From Candidatus Zixiibacteriota bacterium (GTDB lineage: Bacteria > Zixibacteria > MSB-5A5 > GN15 > FEB-12): a stretch of DNA of 64,000 nt. The stretch covers positions 1,064,467 to 1,128,466 of the forward strand of contig CP070674.1 in the NCBI GenBank assembly GCA_020351995.1, in the 5' to 3' direction. Under the pieces are notes generated by a model. The model searched no databases, was not told where the DNA came from, and was given only the letters and a program-made list of their open reading frames with translations. Shown here piece by piece: positions 18,180 through 28,506 of the stretch. The position numbers and the translations under genes are program-made. The stretch's first letter is position 1. Every line of letters begins with the position of its first letter.

Positions 18180-20195
18180 TTAAAGGTACTTTTCAAACCA
18201 CTTCAGAATCCAGTCCAGCCGGGCGATGCGGCGGTCGGGACGGCCGTGACGCGAGAGCCCGTGTGGCTCCTCCGGGAACCGCACCATTTCAACCGTCTTT
18301 TTCATCGTCTTGAGCATCGCGAACATCTGTTCTGCCTGTTCGATGCCACACCTGAGGTCATTTTCGCTGTGAATGATTAGAACCGGGGTCTTGATATTCT
18401 GATAGTAGGTGATCGGAGAGCATTTCTCGTAGTTCTCGTTGTTCTTCCACGGTGTACCCTCGAATTCGCGCGCCAGCGACCAGCCTATATCGGAGGATCC
18501 GTAGAACGACTTGAGGTCAACCACCGAACGCTGGGTAACTGCCGCTTTGAAACGGTTGGTGTGGCCGATGATCCAGTTGGTCATGTAACCGCCGTATGAC
18601 CCACCCGTTACTCCCATTCTTTTCCTGTTGATGAAACGCTGTTTCTCGAGATAATCCGCCGCGGCCATACAGTCCATGTAGTCGAGTTCTCCCCAGCCGC
18701 CCGAGATAGCCCGCGCCCAGGTTTCTCCACGACCGGCGCCGCCCCGCGGATTGGTGTAAAACACAACATAACCTTTCGCCGCGAAAAGCTGCATCTCATG
18801 GAAAAAGGTATAAGCATACTGGACCCGCGGGCCCCCGTGAATCTCAAGAATCGAGGGGTATTTCCGACTTGGATTGAAATTCGGCGGGGTCACCAGCCAG
18901 CCCTGAACCTGGGTCCCGTCGAAAGACCTGAACATCACGTCGCGGGTGCGTCCCAGTTTGATTTCCTTCTTCAAAAACTCATTCAGCCGGGTGTGTTTTC
19001 TGGCCCGCTTCTCTCCGCCATATTTAGCCGGGCAGGAAACAACCTCACCGGGATTGTTGATATCGGCATGAATCAGCGCCACGGTCTTGGTCTTGCCGTT
19101 CATGGAATATCCCTTAACGTGGCATTTGCCGCCGAACACCCGGGTCGGTTTTCCACCGGACGCTGGCAGGTAAAAGATATTGTTGGAACCGGTGTCGGAA
19201 GAAGTAAAGTAAATGCGCTTGCCATCCGCGGACCAGCGTAGAGGGGTTAATGCGTGGCTGTCGCTGGTGTCAGAAATAGACTGATCATATGCTGATCGAT
19301 CATAAGTGGGCATAAGGTCTCTGGCTATTGGCTTTCCTTGAAGACCTACTTTCCACACGTGTGTGTTGGTCCCGCCCCAGTCGTCATCCGGATTATCGTG
19401 GCCCAGATAAGCGATTGTTTTGCTGTCAGGGGAGAATGCCGGGACCCCTACCGGTCCGGCTGGCGTGGGCACCAGCTTTTCTCGACCACCGTTAAGAGGG
19501 ACGATAAACAAATCCTCACGCATGATGTCTATGTCCGGGTCTTTCGAACGGTTGGAAAAATACGCCACCCATTTGCCGTCCGGTGATACTGTGGGACAAA
19601 GATTGTCGCGCTGTCCTCTGGTGAGTTTGGTTAGCTTACCTGATTCTATCTCCAGCTTGTATATCTGGAACCTGTCTTTGGGGAGAAACCCGACCGCGTC
19701 CAGACGATAAAAAAGCCGGGTAATGTGACGGTACACCGGCACTTTCTTTTTCTCATCTTCATCCTTGATAAAATGCGAGTCGTTATACCGCATACAGAAG
19801 ATGAGCGACTTTTCATCGGGCGACCAACTCACGTCCGAAATAGTGCCTTCAATCTCCATCAACTTCTTCTCGGCCCCGCCGGTAGCGGGCATAACGTACA
19901 GGCCGGTTTTCTTATCGCGGGAAGAAACAAATGCCAGCCTTCCACCGCTTGGTGACCAGGTCGTCTGTCCATCGTTATGATTACCGTAGGTGAACTGTCG
20001 AGTCTCGCCTGTGGATACATCGCAAACGTAAATGTTGGCGAAATACTTCTTCTCCTTTTTGTCCATGCGCTCTACGGTATAAACGATCTTGGATTCGTCC
20101 GGCGACAGTGAAACCGAAGTGGGTATTCTCAGCTTGAACAGATCTTCTGCCGTAATGGGTCGACGCCTTGTCGGCTTTTGTCCGGTCTTTTTCAT
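18180..20195 (-). CDS. S9 family serine peptidase (prolyl oligopeptidase / acylaminoacyl-peptidase type) with N-terminal beta-propeller
   Basis: Nucleophile elbow GGSYGGYM, with downstream acidic and His motifs (SENDLRC, EPHGLS). The N-terminal half has PD40/TolB-like repeats. I prefer the ATG at 20195, preceded by the SD GAGGGAG, over the tracked TTG at 20246. Confidence 0.88.
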   Translation of the reverse strand: MKKTGQKPTRRRPITAEDLFKLRIPTSVSLSPDESKIVYTVERMDKKEKKYFANIYVCDVSTGETRQFTYGNHNDGQTTWSPSGGRLAFVSSRDKKTGLYVMPATGGAEKKLMEIEGTISDVSWSPDEKSLIFCMRYNDSHFIKDEDEKKKVPVYRHITRLFYRLDAVGFLPKDRFQIYKLEIESGKLTKLTRGQRDNLCPTVSPDGKWVAYFSNRSKDPDIDIMREDLFIVPLNGGREKLVPTPAGPVGVPAFSPDSKTIAYLGHDNPDDDWGGTNTHVWKVGLQGKPIARDLMPTYDRSAYDQSISDTSDSHALTPLRWSADGKRIYFTSSDTGSNNIFYLPASGGKPTRVFGGKCHVKGYSMNGKTKTVALIHADINNPGEVVSCPAKYGGEKRARKHTRLNEFLKKEIKLGRTRDVMFRSFDGTQVQGWLVTPPNFNPSRKYPSILEIHGGPRVQYAYTFFHEMQLFAAKGYVVFYTNPRGGAGRGETWARAISGGWGELDYMDCMAAADYLEKQRFINRKRMGVTGGSYGGYMTNWIIGHTNRFKAAVTQRSVVDLKSFYGSSDIGWSLAREFEGTPWKNNENYEKCSPITYYQNIKTPVLIIHSENDLRCGIEQAEQMFAMLKTMKKTVEMVRFPEEPHGLSRHGRPDRRIARLDWILKWFEKYL

Positions 20196-20440
20196 TACTC
20201 CCTCTCTGATTCGTAACCAGTTGAATAACAAGGAAGTTATAGGCAATGTCGTCTCTCGACAAGCGAAAAAAGATCCGCGGCGAGCTTTTTTCAGGCAGGA
20301 CTCGGCAGGACCGAAATAGATTTACCTTCCGAGGCAAAATGCGTATTTTTTGGGAATCATTTTCGGCTCAGGGCTGTTATTTAAGAACGAAATTCGAATG
20401 ACATAGGGCATGGCCCCTTTTAAGGAGAGGAGACAGCGCT

Positions 20441-22735
20441 TTGGATGTTCTGACTATAATTGACAAGGTGCAGCAAGCTGAAACCAGGGTGAAATCCAGG
20501 CCAAAAGATAGCGAGCCGCTGGAAGAATACTCTGGCAAAACCCCCGTGGAGTTGAAAGGGATGCTTTACAGCATGCTCAAGGCAAGGCGGGTGGAGCGCG
20601 AAGAAAAACTTCTGTTGCGCAAAGGCTATAACCGGTTCTTTATCGGCTGTGGAGGGAAAGAGCTCGCCGACGTTTGCTTTGCCCAGACCCTCAGGAAGAA
20701 TGATCCCTGGGTCGGATATTATCGCAACAAGGCCTTCGACCTCCACCGCGGTTCGACACTCGAAGACAAGATGCTCGAGGCCATTGGTGACGCCAGAGGG
20801 CGTAATAAGGGGCAACAGATCCCTGCCCACCCCGGCTATCCGGATTTGGCCGTCCTGCCCCAATCCTCTCCGACCGGCGGACATGCTCTTGAGGCCGCCG
20901 GACTGAGCGAAGCTATCAAACATCCCCTGACCATTTCGAAACAGTCACATTTCCCCGGTGGAGCATACCCCACGGACGCCATAACGGTGTGCTGCATTGG
21001 TGAAGGTTCGACCTCGGAAGCCGAGTTCGCCCGGGCAGTTTTCTATGCCGCCTTTTACAGAACAAAGTTCATAGCGGCCATCTACAATTGCGGCTGGGCC
21101 ATCTCCGTCTCGGTCGAGGAACAATTCCCGGAAGGCGACCCGACCACGCCCTTCGAGGGATACCAGCGTTTCGGCCTTAGAATCATGCAGGTGGACGGCA
21201 CTGATATTAAAGACTGCCTGGCGAAAGTGGCCGAGGGCATCGAATACACCCGCTCAGGGAACGGGCCGGTTCTGATGAATGTCAAGACAACCCGCGAAGG
21301 TTCACACTCCGGCTCCGATGATCAGTCTTTCTACATGGACCCGGTGGAGCAGGACTGGCACACCTACAATGACTGTGTCCTCAAAACCTCCAATACTCTG
21401 ATTGAAGACGGTATCGTGACCGGTGAGGAAATCGCCGCCATGTGGGATGAACTCGACACCAAAGTGACCGAGGAATCACAGAAGGCCGTCTCCACCTTTC
21501 AACCCAAAACAACCGAACTCATTCAGAGCCTGGTGTACACCTACGATTTCGACGACGCCCGGGCGACCTGGAAGAAGTACCGCGAGGCTTCCGGTATCGA
21601 CCGTAAAGCCAAATACGCCGAATTTCACGAAAAGGGGTATTTCGCCACCCCGGAGCTTCCCGAGAACATCGGCCCTGTGACCATGCGCTTCGCCATCAAT
21701 TACACTCTCTTCGATTTGTTCATGCTGTCCGAGGACGTGATTCTGTTTGGTGAGGACGTAGCCGACTTCTCCGGCCACATGATCGACGAGATTGAAAAGC
21801 AGTCAAAACTTAAAGGTAAAGGCGGCGTCTTCCTTGTCACCAAGAACCTTCAGCGCGCTTTTGGAAATGATCGCTGCTTCAATACCCCTCTCGACGAGGC
21901 CGGTATTCTCGGTCGTGCTGCCGGCCACGTTTATCAGGGCCGACGACCTCTGCCTGAAATCCAGTTTCTGGATTACATGTCACCGGCCTACCAGGTACTC
22001 AAGGACCGTATCGTGACAACTTACCAGCGTTCGGGCGGTTTGTGGAAAATGCCCCTCACGATTCGGACAACTTACGGTGGCTACAAGCAGGGAGCGGGGG
22101 CTTTCTGGCACTCCGAAGGCAATCTTGGTACTTGGATGAACATCCCCGGTTTGTTAATTGCCGTGCCTTCAAATGCCTACGATGCCGCTGGCCTTCTCAA
22201 GACAGCCTGGGCTTGCGACGACCCGGTTCTCTTCTGTGAATCGGTGGCCCTTTACAACCGTCGGGATTGGGAGGGTGTCGCCATCGAGACCGCCGTTCCG
22301 GATATTGACGAACTCATCCCCTTTGGCGTGGCCAAAGTGTACAATGAGGAAAATACCGACATCGGACTGATTACCTATGGCGCTACCTTCCAGATGGCCC
22401 GCAAAGCCGCCGAGATCGTCAAGGAAAAGGGAATAAACGTCCGGTTAATCGACCTGCGCACCGTCAAGCCTTTGGATGAGGAGACAGTCTTGCAGACGGC
22501 CAAAGACTGCGGAAAAGTGCTTGTTGTAACCGAGGACCGGTTCCCCGGTGGCGCCGCGGCGACTATATCTTCTGTTATTACCCGTGGCGAGGGCCTATAT
22601 TACTTGGAGGCACCGGTAAAGCTGGTTACTGCAATCGATGCCAGAGTGGCCTACGGTGTCGACGGTGACAACGCTTCACTTCCCACGGTGGATAAGATTG
22701 CCTCCGCGATAGAGGAACTACACGATAACTACTGA
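20441..22735 (+). CDS. Fused alpha/beta E1 component of a 2-oxoacid dehydrogenase (TPP-dependent)
   Basis: 764 aa. The N-terminal half is E1-alpha-like (TPP-binding GEGSTSEAEF). The C-terminal half is E1-beta/transketolase-like (FNTPLDEAGILG, LIDLRTVKPLD). TTG start; no E2 or E3 is adjacent. Confidence 0.82.
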   Translation: MDVLTIIDKVQQAETRVKSRPKDSEPLEEYSGKTPVELKGMLYSMLKARRVEREEKLLLRKGYNRFFIGCGGKELADVCFAQTLRKNDPWVGYYRNKAFDLHRGSTLEDKMLEAIGDARGRNKGQQIPAHPGYPDLAVLPQSSPTGGHALEAAGLSEAIKHPLTISKQSHFPGGAYPTDAITVCCIGEGSTSEAEFARAVFYAAFYRTKFIAAIYNCGWAISVSVEEQFPEGDPTTPFEGYQRFGLRIMQVDGTDIKDCLAKVAEGIEYTRSGNGPVLMNVKTTREGSHSGSDDQSFYMDPVEQDWHTYNDCVLKTSNTLIEDGIVTGEEIAAMWDELDTKVTEESQKAVSTFQPKTTELIQSLVYTYDFDDARATWKKYREASGIDRKAKYAEFHEKGYFATPELPENIGPVTMRFAINYTLFDLFMLSEDVILFGEDVADFSGHMIDEIEKQSKLKGKGGVFLVTKNLQRAFGNDRCFNTPLDEAGILGRAAGHVYQGRRPLPEIQFLDYMSPAYQVLKDRIVTTYQRSGGLWKMPLTIRTTYGGYKQGAGAFWHSEGNLGTWMNIPGLLIAVPSNAYDAAGLLKTAWACDDPVLFCESVALYNRRDWEGVAIETAVPDIDELIPFGVAKVYNEENTDIGLITYGATFQMARKAAEIVKEKGINVRLIDLRTVKPLDEETVLQTAKDCGKVLVVTEDRFPGGAAATISSVITRGEGLYYLEAPVKLVTAIDARVAYGVDGDNASLPTVDKIASAIEELHDNY

Positions 22736-23260
22736 TCTGCGTGCTTCTGGCAAACGCCTATAGAGCCGCGCCTCCGACAACGGGATGCGGCTTTCTCATG
22801 GCTTCGCCGGATAACTCGAAATGGCTGCCTAAGACTCTATCTGATAATTTCTTAATTGTCAGGTGTCGTGCACGGGCTTTTCGCCAACTGTACCATACGA
22901 AATGCAAACAAGCTTGCCAACTTGACTGAAATAATAATACGAATGTTCCTCTCTCGTTCGTGTAGTGGCACGAGCCCCGTATAGTCGGCTAATCCTCAAA
23001 TAATCAATGACTTAGGAAAACCGGGTCTGTTCGGTGAAAGACTATCCCCGGCGCAGTAACTGCGATAAGAACCTCAAGTTGACTCACGAATATTCAACAC
23101 CTGGCGGTATTTTATTGTACGGCAACAGGATGAGCATGCTGCTGGCGATGCTTTGGCCGTCCGGCACGAATCTTGTGCAAAGTAGGGTGATTCCTTTGTG
23201 ACTTCAATAAGGGCAGGAAGAATAATAAGGTCTCTATTGTATAAATAGGAGAAAGGTAAA

Positions 23261-23464
23261 ATGGAAAGTGTGACGCGAGCGTTGAACATGTTATCTGCCA
23301 TCATTATGTTCATTGCCGGATTGTATATCCAGATCGTCTTCGGTGTCCTGCTGACGACGATGACAGCGGTTTTGCTGTGGATAGGTATCCTCGTTTACGC
23401 TGGTCTGCAGGTCGAATTTGGCTACGGCGTTCTAAGGAAACATCTGGCCGAATTGTGGCGTTAA
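23261..23464 (+). CDS. Small two-TM membrane protein (hypothetical)
   Basis: 67 aa with two hydrophobic helices. SD AGGAGA lies about 8 nt upstream of the ATG. Confidence 0.4.
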   Translation: MESVTRALNMLSAIIMFIAGLYIQIVFGVLLTTMTAVLLWIGILVYAGLQVEFGYGVLRKHLAELWR

Positions 23465-23482
23465 TAGTCTGAAATTATTCGC

Positions 23483-23510
23483 TTGACATTACTGTTTTAC
23501 TATATATTTT
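23483..23510 (+). promoter_or_regulatory. Promoter candidate of the TPR-exbB-exbD-tonB cluster
   Basis: TTGACA (23483-23488), 16-nt spacer, TATTTT (23505-23510). Confidence 0.5.
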
Positions 23511-23547
23511 TGTTGTCTTAATTGAAGTTACGATAAGGAATTATGTT

Positions 23548-25449
23548 TTGCGAGGTCATCTCAAGAATCGGGTTTTTTGGGGAATTCTGTCGGTTTTCTT
23601 TGTAGCAGCTTTTGCGTCATTCCTGTATGCACAAAACATCAAGCCGGAAATCGAACAAGCTATTCAGTCAGGCGATACCACCAAAGCCTTGACCATGCTT
23701 GACGGCGATATTTCAATAGATCCGTCCAACCCCTGGAATTACCACACTAAGGGTATGATTTTCTATAACCAGGGCAAATACGCCGCGGCCGCCGAGCAGT
23801 TCAGAATAGCGCTGGATAAGAAAAGTAAACACTTTGAGTCATTGTATCAACTCGGACTGTGTGAACTTAATCTCGGCAATCTGGACGAGGCCGAAGAGAT
23901 CATGCAAGAAGGGATTAAGAAGGACAGATCCAACAAGCACATTTTCGAAGATGGGTACGGTCAGGTCATGATGGCCAGAGAGAACTGGCAGGAGGCTGAT
24001 CGTTATTTTCGTCAGGCCATCGTAGGTGATTCGGCCAACCCGCAGTATCATATCCACCTCGGTGATGCCAATTTTTATCAAGGCGTACCGGCCCTGGCGA
24101 TCATGGAGTACGAAAAAGCGCTGCAGGTGGACACCGGCTCACTCGAGGTTTATTACCATTGGGCGGAAGCCTGCCTCGAGATGAAAGACTATGCCTGTGC
24201 TATCGAGAAGCTCCGGGTTGTACTAACCAAAGACAGCACCCACGCCCCGGCCTGGATGAGAGCTGGCGGAATCTATTTCAAGGCCGCCCTGTCTTCCCGT
24301 AACCGTCAGGATCGCTCCGACCGGTTCAAAGACGCCATTGGATCATATAAACGATACCTCGAACTGTCGGGCGCCCAGCCGGATTCATCCAACGTCAGGG
24401 TTTTCTTCGAACTGGCTATGTCTTTCTCTAACCTGCGCGGGTACGAAGATGCTGCTGAGTATTTTGACAAGGTCTTGGCGATACCGGTCGAAGCCAGGGA
24501 TATCTATTACCATTACGGCCAGGCTCTCTGGTACAACCGCGACTACGAGAAGGCCGCGGAGATGCTTAATAAGCACCTCGAATGGGTGGCCGGGCAGGAC
24601 GAGACCTATTCCTCGTCGGTCGATGGGGCCGAGGTATACCAGTTGTTAGGTGATAGCTACTATTACCGAAAACCAAAAGATTTTGCCGCCGCCATTGACT
24701 ATTACAAGAAATCTCTGGATATAAATCCCGAGCAGGAAAGAGTCCTTCAGAATCTGGCCATAGCCTACCACAGTCTCCAGAGTTACGTTCAGGCCTTGGA
24801 ATACTACCAGAGAAGAATTGATATGGGCATCGACTCTGCTTCATCGTCTATCCTCAGCAATGCCGGCAAATGCGCTTTCAGTATCGCCTATACTCAGGAT
24901 AACGGCGACGAAGAAGACGATATCGATGAGGGCTTGTCCGATATCGGTGGCGGGCCTAACCCGAATGTGAACTATTACGAATTGGCCGCGGATTACTTCA
25001 AACAATACTTGGATTTTGTACCGACGGATATGGGCATTGTGGAGAGAATCGCCAGCATCTATCTCTATCAGTTATCCGACTGTACCAACGGCGTGAAATA
25101 CTACGAGCAGTTGTTGTCATTGGATCCCAAAAATTGCGATGCCAACAAGGCCCTTGGGCACGCCTACTTCCTCGAAGATCTATGTACCAGAAATTATAGC
25201 AAGGCCCTGAATTATTTCCTGAAGGCTCAGAACTGTATGGCCGCCACGGGTGGTGAATGCAAAGATCCCGGTCTTGTGCTGGCCATTGCTCAGGCCTATC
25301 ACCTGAGGGCCGTTGCCAAAAATGAGGCCAAGCAGGACGCCAGCGAAGATTTTCGTAACGCCAACACCTGGTATAAGAGATGCCTGAAATGCGATCCCGG
25401 TAACAAAGACGCCGAAGAGGGCGTAAGCCAGACCGAGTACGAATTCTAA
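23548..25449 (+). CDS. Secreted TPR-repeat protein
   Basis: 633 aa with a signal peptide. TPR-like 34-aa periodicity runs throughout (YHTKGMIFYNQGKYAAAAEQF, YYKKSLDINPEQ). Confidence 0.8.
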   Translation: MRGHLKNRVFWGILSVFFVAAFASFLYAQNIKPEIEQAIQSGDTTKALTMLDGDISIDPSNPWNYHTKGMIFYNQGKYAAAAEQFRIALDKKSKHFESLYQLGLCELNLGNLDEAEEIMQEGIKKDRSNKHIFEDGYGQVMMARENWQEADRYFRQAIVGDSANPQYHIHLGDANFYQGVPALAIMEYEKALQVDTGSLEVYYHWAEACLEMKDYACAIEKLRVVLTKDSTHAPAWMRAGGIYFKAALSSRNRQDRSDRFKDAIGSYKRYLELSGAQPDSSNVRVFFELAMSFSNLRGYEDAAEYFDKVLAIPVEARDIYYHYGQALWYNRDYEKAAEMLNKHLEWVAGQDETYSSSVDGAEVYQLLGDSYYYRKPKDFAAAIDYYKKSLDINPEQERVLQNLAIAYHSLQSYVQALEYYQRRIDMGIDSASSSILSNAGKCAFSIAYTQDNGDEEDDIDEGLSDIGGGPNPNVNYYELAADYFKQYLDFVPTDMGIVERIASIYLYQLSDCTNGVKYYEQLLSLDPKNCDANKALGHAYFLEDLCTRNYSKALNYFLKAQNCMAATGGECKDPGLVLAIAQAYHLRAVAKNEAKQDASEDFRNANTWYKRCLKCDPGNKDAEEGVSQTEYEF

Positions 25450-25502
25450 CAACGAAAACATTACTGACATAGATTTGTTGAACACTTATTTTGGGAGTTT
25501 TG

Positions 25503-26465
25503 ATGGCTGCAGAAGAAGGCAAGAAGAAAAATAGCTCTTTCAAGCCTATAACTGATGCTCAGCGATTCAGGTATATTGGTTTCGAGGTCTTCCCGGGCAA
25601 GCCGAAGGACTTGTTCAAAACCGACGCCGAGCGGAAGAAATATGTCGAAGGTGTTCGGAGTAAGCGAGAAAAGGGAGAAACACTCAGGGATCAATGTACC
25701 CTTCTGGAAGAACGCGTTTCTTTTCTGGATCGGATGGTCCTTACTGTCGCTTCAGTCATAATATTCGCCACTTTGTTTATCCCCTGGTATTCGGCCTACA
25801 ACGAGATTGTCGAGGAAACCACGGTCGCGGTGCAGCAGGCCGCCGCCACTGAGGACAGCGCCATGGTCGCCGCCGAAGGCGATACATTGGCCGCTGCCGG
25901 GCAAACCATGACCGGTGACAGCGCCGCCGTGCCGGCTACCACCGGTTCCGATGTCGCCCCGCCCCCGGAGCGTGAGGGAGTTATGCAGCAGAGTGCCGCC
26001 GAAGAAGTCATAACGAGCTATGTGGCCAAGAAGAAGGTCCACAAAGAGTATTCTCGTCTGCTGGGAATTGGCTCTTTTATCTCCCTGGGATCCGTTGGTT
26101 CCTATGTATTCTCGTCGGGAGGGGTTGTCATGCTAACGGCCATCCTTTTTCTGATCTATGCCCTGTTGTGTATCGGGTTACCGGCTTACACGCTGTACGG
26201 TATTTACGGAACGAAAGGGGACCCCGACCAGCGAGCCCTGAAGCTCAAAAAGATGTTGCGTCTTAACTGGATGCCACTGATACTGTTTGTCCTGGCTCTG
26301 ATACTCTCGTTTTTTGGCGGTGAATACGGTTTTGACGCTGCAACCACTTTCACCAGTCTGGGCAAAGCCTACGGACCGGCTGCTTTCCTGGGTATACTTT
26401 CCTGGGGTGTTATTCTTTCACTGGGCGCGTTTATACTTGTTGCCGTGAAAGGTGTGGAAATTTAA
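25503..26465 (+). CDS. Hypothetical polytopic membrane protein
   Basis: About 320 aa. Basic cytoplasmic N-terminus, an Ala/Thr-rich low-complexity linker and about 4-5 TM helices. The ATG at 25503 follows GGGAG. Confidence 0.6.
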   Translation: MAAEEGKKKNSSFKPITDAQRFRYIGFEVFPGKPKDLFKTDAERKKYVEGVRSKREKGETLRDQCTLLEERVSFLDRMVLTVASVIIFATLFIPWYSAYNEIVEETTVAVQQAAATEDSAMVAAEGDTLAAAGQTMTGDSAAVPATTGSDVAPPPEREGVMQQSAAEEVITSYVAKKKVHKEYSRLLGIGSFISLGSVGSYVFSSGGVVMLTAILFLIYALLCIGLPAYTLYGIYGTKGDPDQRALKLKKMLRLNWMPLILFVLALILSFFGGEYGFDAATTFTSLGKAYGPAAFLGILSWGVILSLGAFILVAVKGVEI

Positions 26466-26516
26466 AAACGGAAAAATGACAATTCTATTATATCCTAATT
26501 TGGAGGACTAGTTCTC

Positions 26517-27275
26517 GTGGTCAAACAAACTATTTTCGTAACTCTCAATGCGATTGTAGCATTCGCCATCGGCTTCGGCCTGTGGTACGGCGTCTTCAGA
26601 ACTTCGGAGAGTCCCATCGTTCACTCAATTTATCAGGGTGGTCCGCTGGTTGTGGTCCTGATAATGATCCTGGTCATGTGCCTGGTCTTTACCATTGAGC
26701 GCTATATCTCTCTTTATGGAGTGGCCAAGGGTAAAAGTTCCATACAGGTGTTCTTCAAGAAACTGGTAACGCTGATCCAGAACGATGATTATGACGGCGC
26801 TCTGGCCGCCTGCGATAAGCAGCGCGGAACCACCGCCAACGTGCTCAGAGCGGGCATCGATCGTTATCGCGAAGTGAGGGGAAACAACGCCTACGATGCT
26901 GAGAAGAAGATCGAGCTGACTCAGGCTGCGATCGAAGAAGCCAACGCGCTCGAAGGACCGCTGCTGGAGCGTAACCTGATCGCTCTGTCAACAATCGCTT
27001 CAATTGCGACTATGGTCGGTCTGCTCGGAACCACGATCGGTATGATTCGCGCCTTCGCCGCCACCGGTAACGTCGAGGGCGGTGTTATCGACGCCACCCA
27101 GTTGGCTATCGGTATTTCCGAGGCTCTGGTCAATACCGCTGGCGGACTGCTGTCCGGTATTCTGGGAATCTTCTTCTACAATTTCTTTGTTAATAAGGTA
27201 GACGCCTTCAACTACACCACCGACGAGGCGACCTTTGAAATTATGCAGATTCTGAAGGAAAAAGAAGGAATCTAA
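26517..27275 (+). CDS. exbB: MotA/TolQ/ExbB proton-channel family protein
   Basis: 252 aa. C-terminal conserved region TMVGLLGTTIGMIRAF...ISEALVNTAGGL. Confidence 0.88.
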   Translation: MVKQTIFVTLNAIVAFAIGFGLWYGVFRTSESPIVHSIYQGGPLVVVLIMILVMCLVFTIERYISLYGVAKGKSSIQVFFKKLVTLIQNDDYDGALAACDKQRGTTANVLRAGIDRYREVRGNNAYDAEKKIELTQAAIEEANALEGPLLERNLIALSTIASIATMVGLLGTTIGMIRAFAATGNVEGGVIDATQLAIGISEALVNTAGGLLSGILGIFFYNFFVNKVDAFNYTTDEATFEIMQILKEKEGI

Positions 27276-27278
27276 CCG

Positions 27279-27776
27279 ATGGCGATTAAAAAGAAACGGC
27301 GCATCTCCATCAGAATCGATATGACACCAATGGTGGATATCGCCTTTCTCCTTTTGATATTTTACATGGCGACGACGCAGTTCAAACCACCGGAAGCAAG
27401 GGCGGTCGACCTGCCTCAGTCGCACTCGCAGATCGAATTACCGGATAAGGATATTATAAATATCACGGTGACCAAGTACGATTCGATCTACGTCGATTAC
27501 GTGGAAAAGCGAGAAATTGAAATCGAAGGGCGGTTGGTTGAAACCAAGGCCAGGATTGTCCGCATCGCCGACACGTACAATGTTCATGCTGAAATCAACA
27601 AGGCCAGGGCTAAAAACCTCAGGGCACTGATTGTCATTAAGGCCGATGAAAAAGCCAGTTTCGGGGTCATGCAGGATATTATGCGCTCCATGCAGGAAAA
27701 CCACCTCGAACGCTTTTTGATCATTACTGACCACGAGGTTGAAATTGGCGAAACCACCCAGAGCGAAAGTGCCTGA
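27279..27776 (+). CDS. exbD: ExbD/TolR biopolymer transport protein (copy 1)
   Basis: 165 aa. N-terminal DMTPMVDIAFLLLIFYM TM motif. Confidence 0.88.
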   Translation: MAIKKKRRISIRIDMTPMVDIAFLLLIFYMATTQFKPPEARAVDLPQSHSQIELPDKDIINITVTKYDSIYVDYVEKREIEIEGRLVETKARIVRIADTYNVHAEINKARAKNLRALIVIKADEKASFGVMQDIMRSMQENHLERFLIITDHEVEIGETTQSESA

Positions 27777-27849
27777 CGGGTTTCAATTACTGTTAGCAAA
27801 AGGCCTGTTGTGAAACGTCTATATGTTGAGAGGAGAGTGATATAATAAT

Positions 27850-28506
27850 ATGGCTGGTGAAGTAGCAGAACGGGCACCAAAGGAAGCGAAAAAGGGACTG
27901 CGAAGGCCGAAACGGCGAATAGCGATCCGTATCGATATGACTCCGATGGTAGATATCGCTTTCCTTCTTTTGATTTTCTACATGGTGACCACGGTGTTCT
28001 CGATGCCCCAGGCGATGGAAATCAACCTCCCGCCGCTCGAAGACATGGACAAAACGGTGGATATCAAAGAATCCAACCTCTTGACGCTTCGTGTCGACGG
28101 CGAGGGACGCTTCTGGTGGAACTTACGGCAACCGTCGCCCACTAATATGCCATTACTTCTTCCCTCGGCTCCGCTGAAAACGGAGGATACGATCACCTAC
28201 AGGCTGGACTCGGATACCTTAAGAAACCTGCTTATCGCCCAGAACCGGGCTAACGCGAAACTGAATACGCTTATCCTCATCCACCGTGACGCCAGTTACG
28301 CCGACATGGTCGATATCCTCGATGAGATTGACTTCCTTGAACGATCCTGGAACGCCAGCGTAGCCAGAACGCTTGGGGTCGATGTTGACGAGATCCCGAA
28401 AGATGACAAATTCTCGTATCGTTATGCTATCGGCGACTGGGAAGATCGTGACAATAGGATCATCGAAGCTGCCGCGAATAATGCGGTTGGAAGGGGTGAA
28501 TTATAA
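27850..28506 (+). CDS. exbD: ExbD/TolR biopolymer transport protein (copy 2, long C-terminus)
   Basis: 218 aa with the same DMTPMVDIAFLLLIFYM motif and an extended C-terminal region. Confidence 0.85.
   Translation: MAGEVAERAPKEAKKGLRRPKRRIAIRIDMTPMVDIAFLLLIFYMVTTVFSMPQAMEINLPPLEDMDKTVDIKESNLLTLRVDGEGRFWWNLRQPSPTNMPLLLPSAPLKTEDTITYRLDSDTLRNLLIAQNRANAKLNTLILIHRDASYADMVDILDEIDFLERSWNASVARTLGVDVDEIPKDDKFSYRYAIGDWEDRDNRIIEAAANNAVGRGEL

Noticed and set aside
22736-23260. A 525-bp intergenic region examined for an ncRNA (6S, SRP, tmRNA, RNase P, riboswitch) or a small gene. The tracked ORFs here are 22741-22929 (+) and 23074-23313 (-).
   Set aside because: I saw only short hairpins, no conserved RNA-family strings and no promoter/terminator pair. 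The ORFs lack an RBS and have implausible composition. The region remains unexplained but I cannot support a call.
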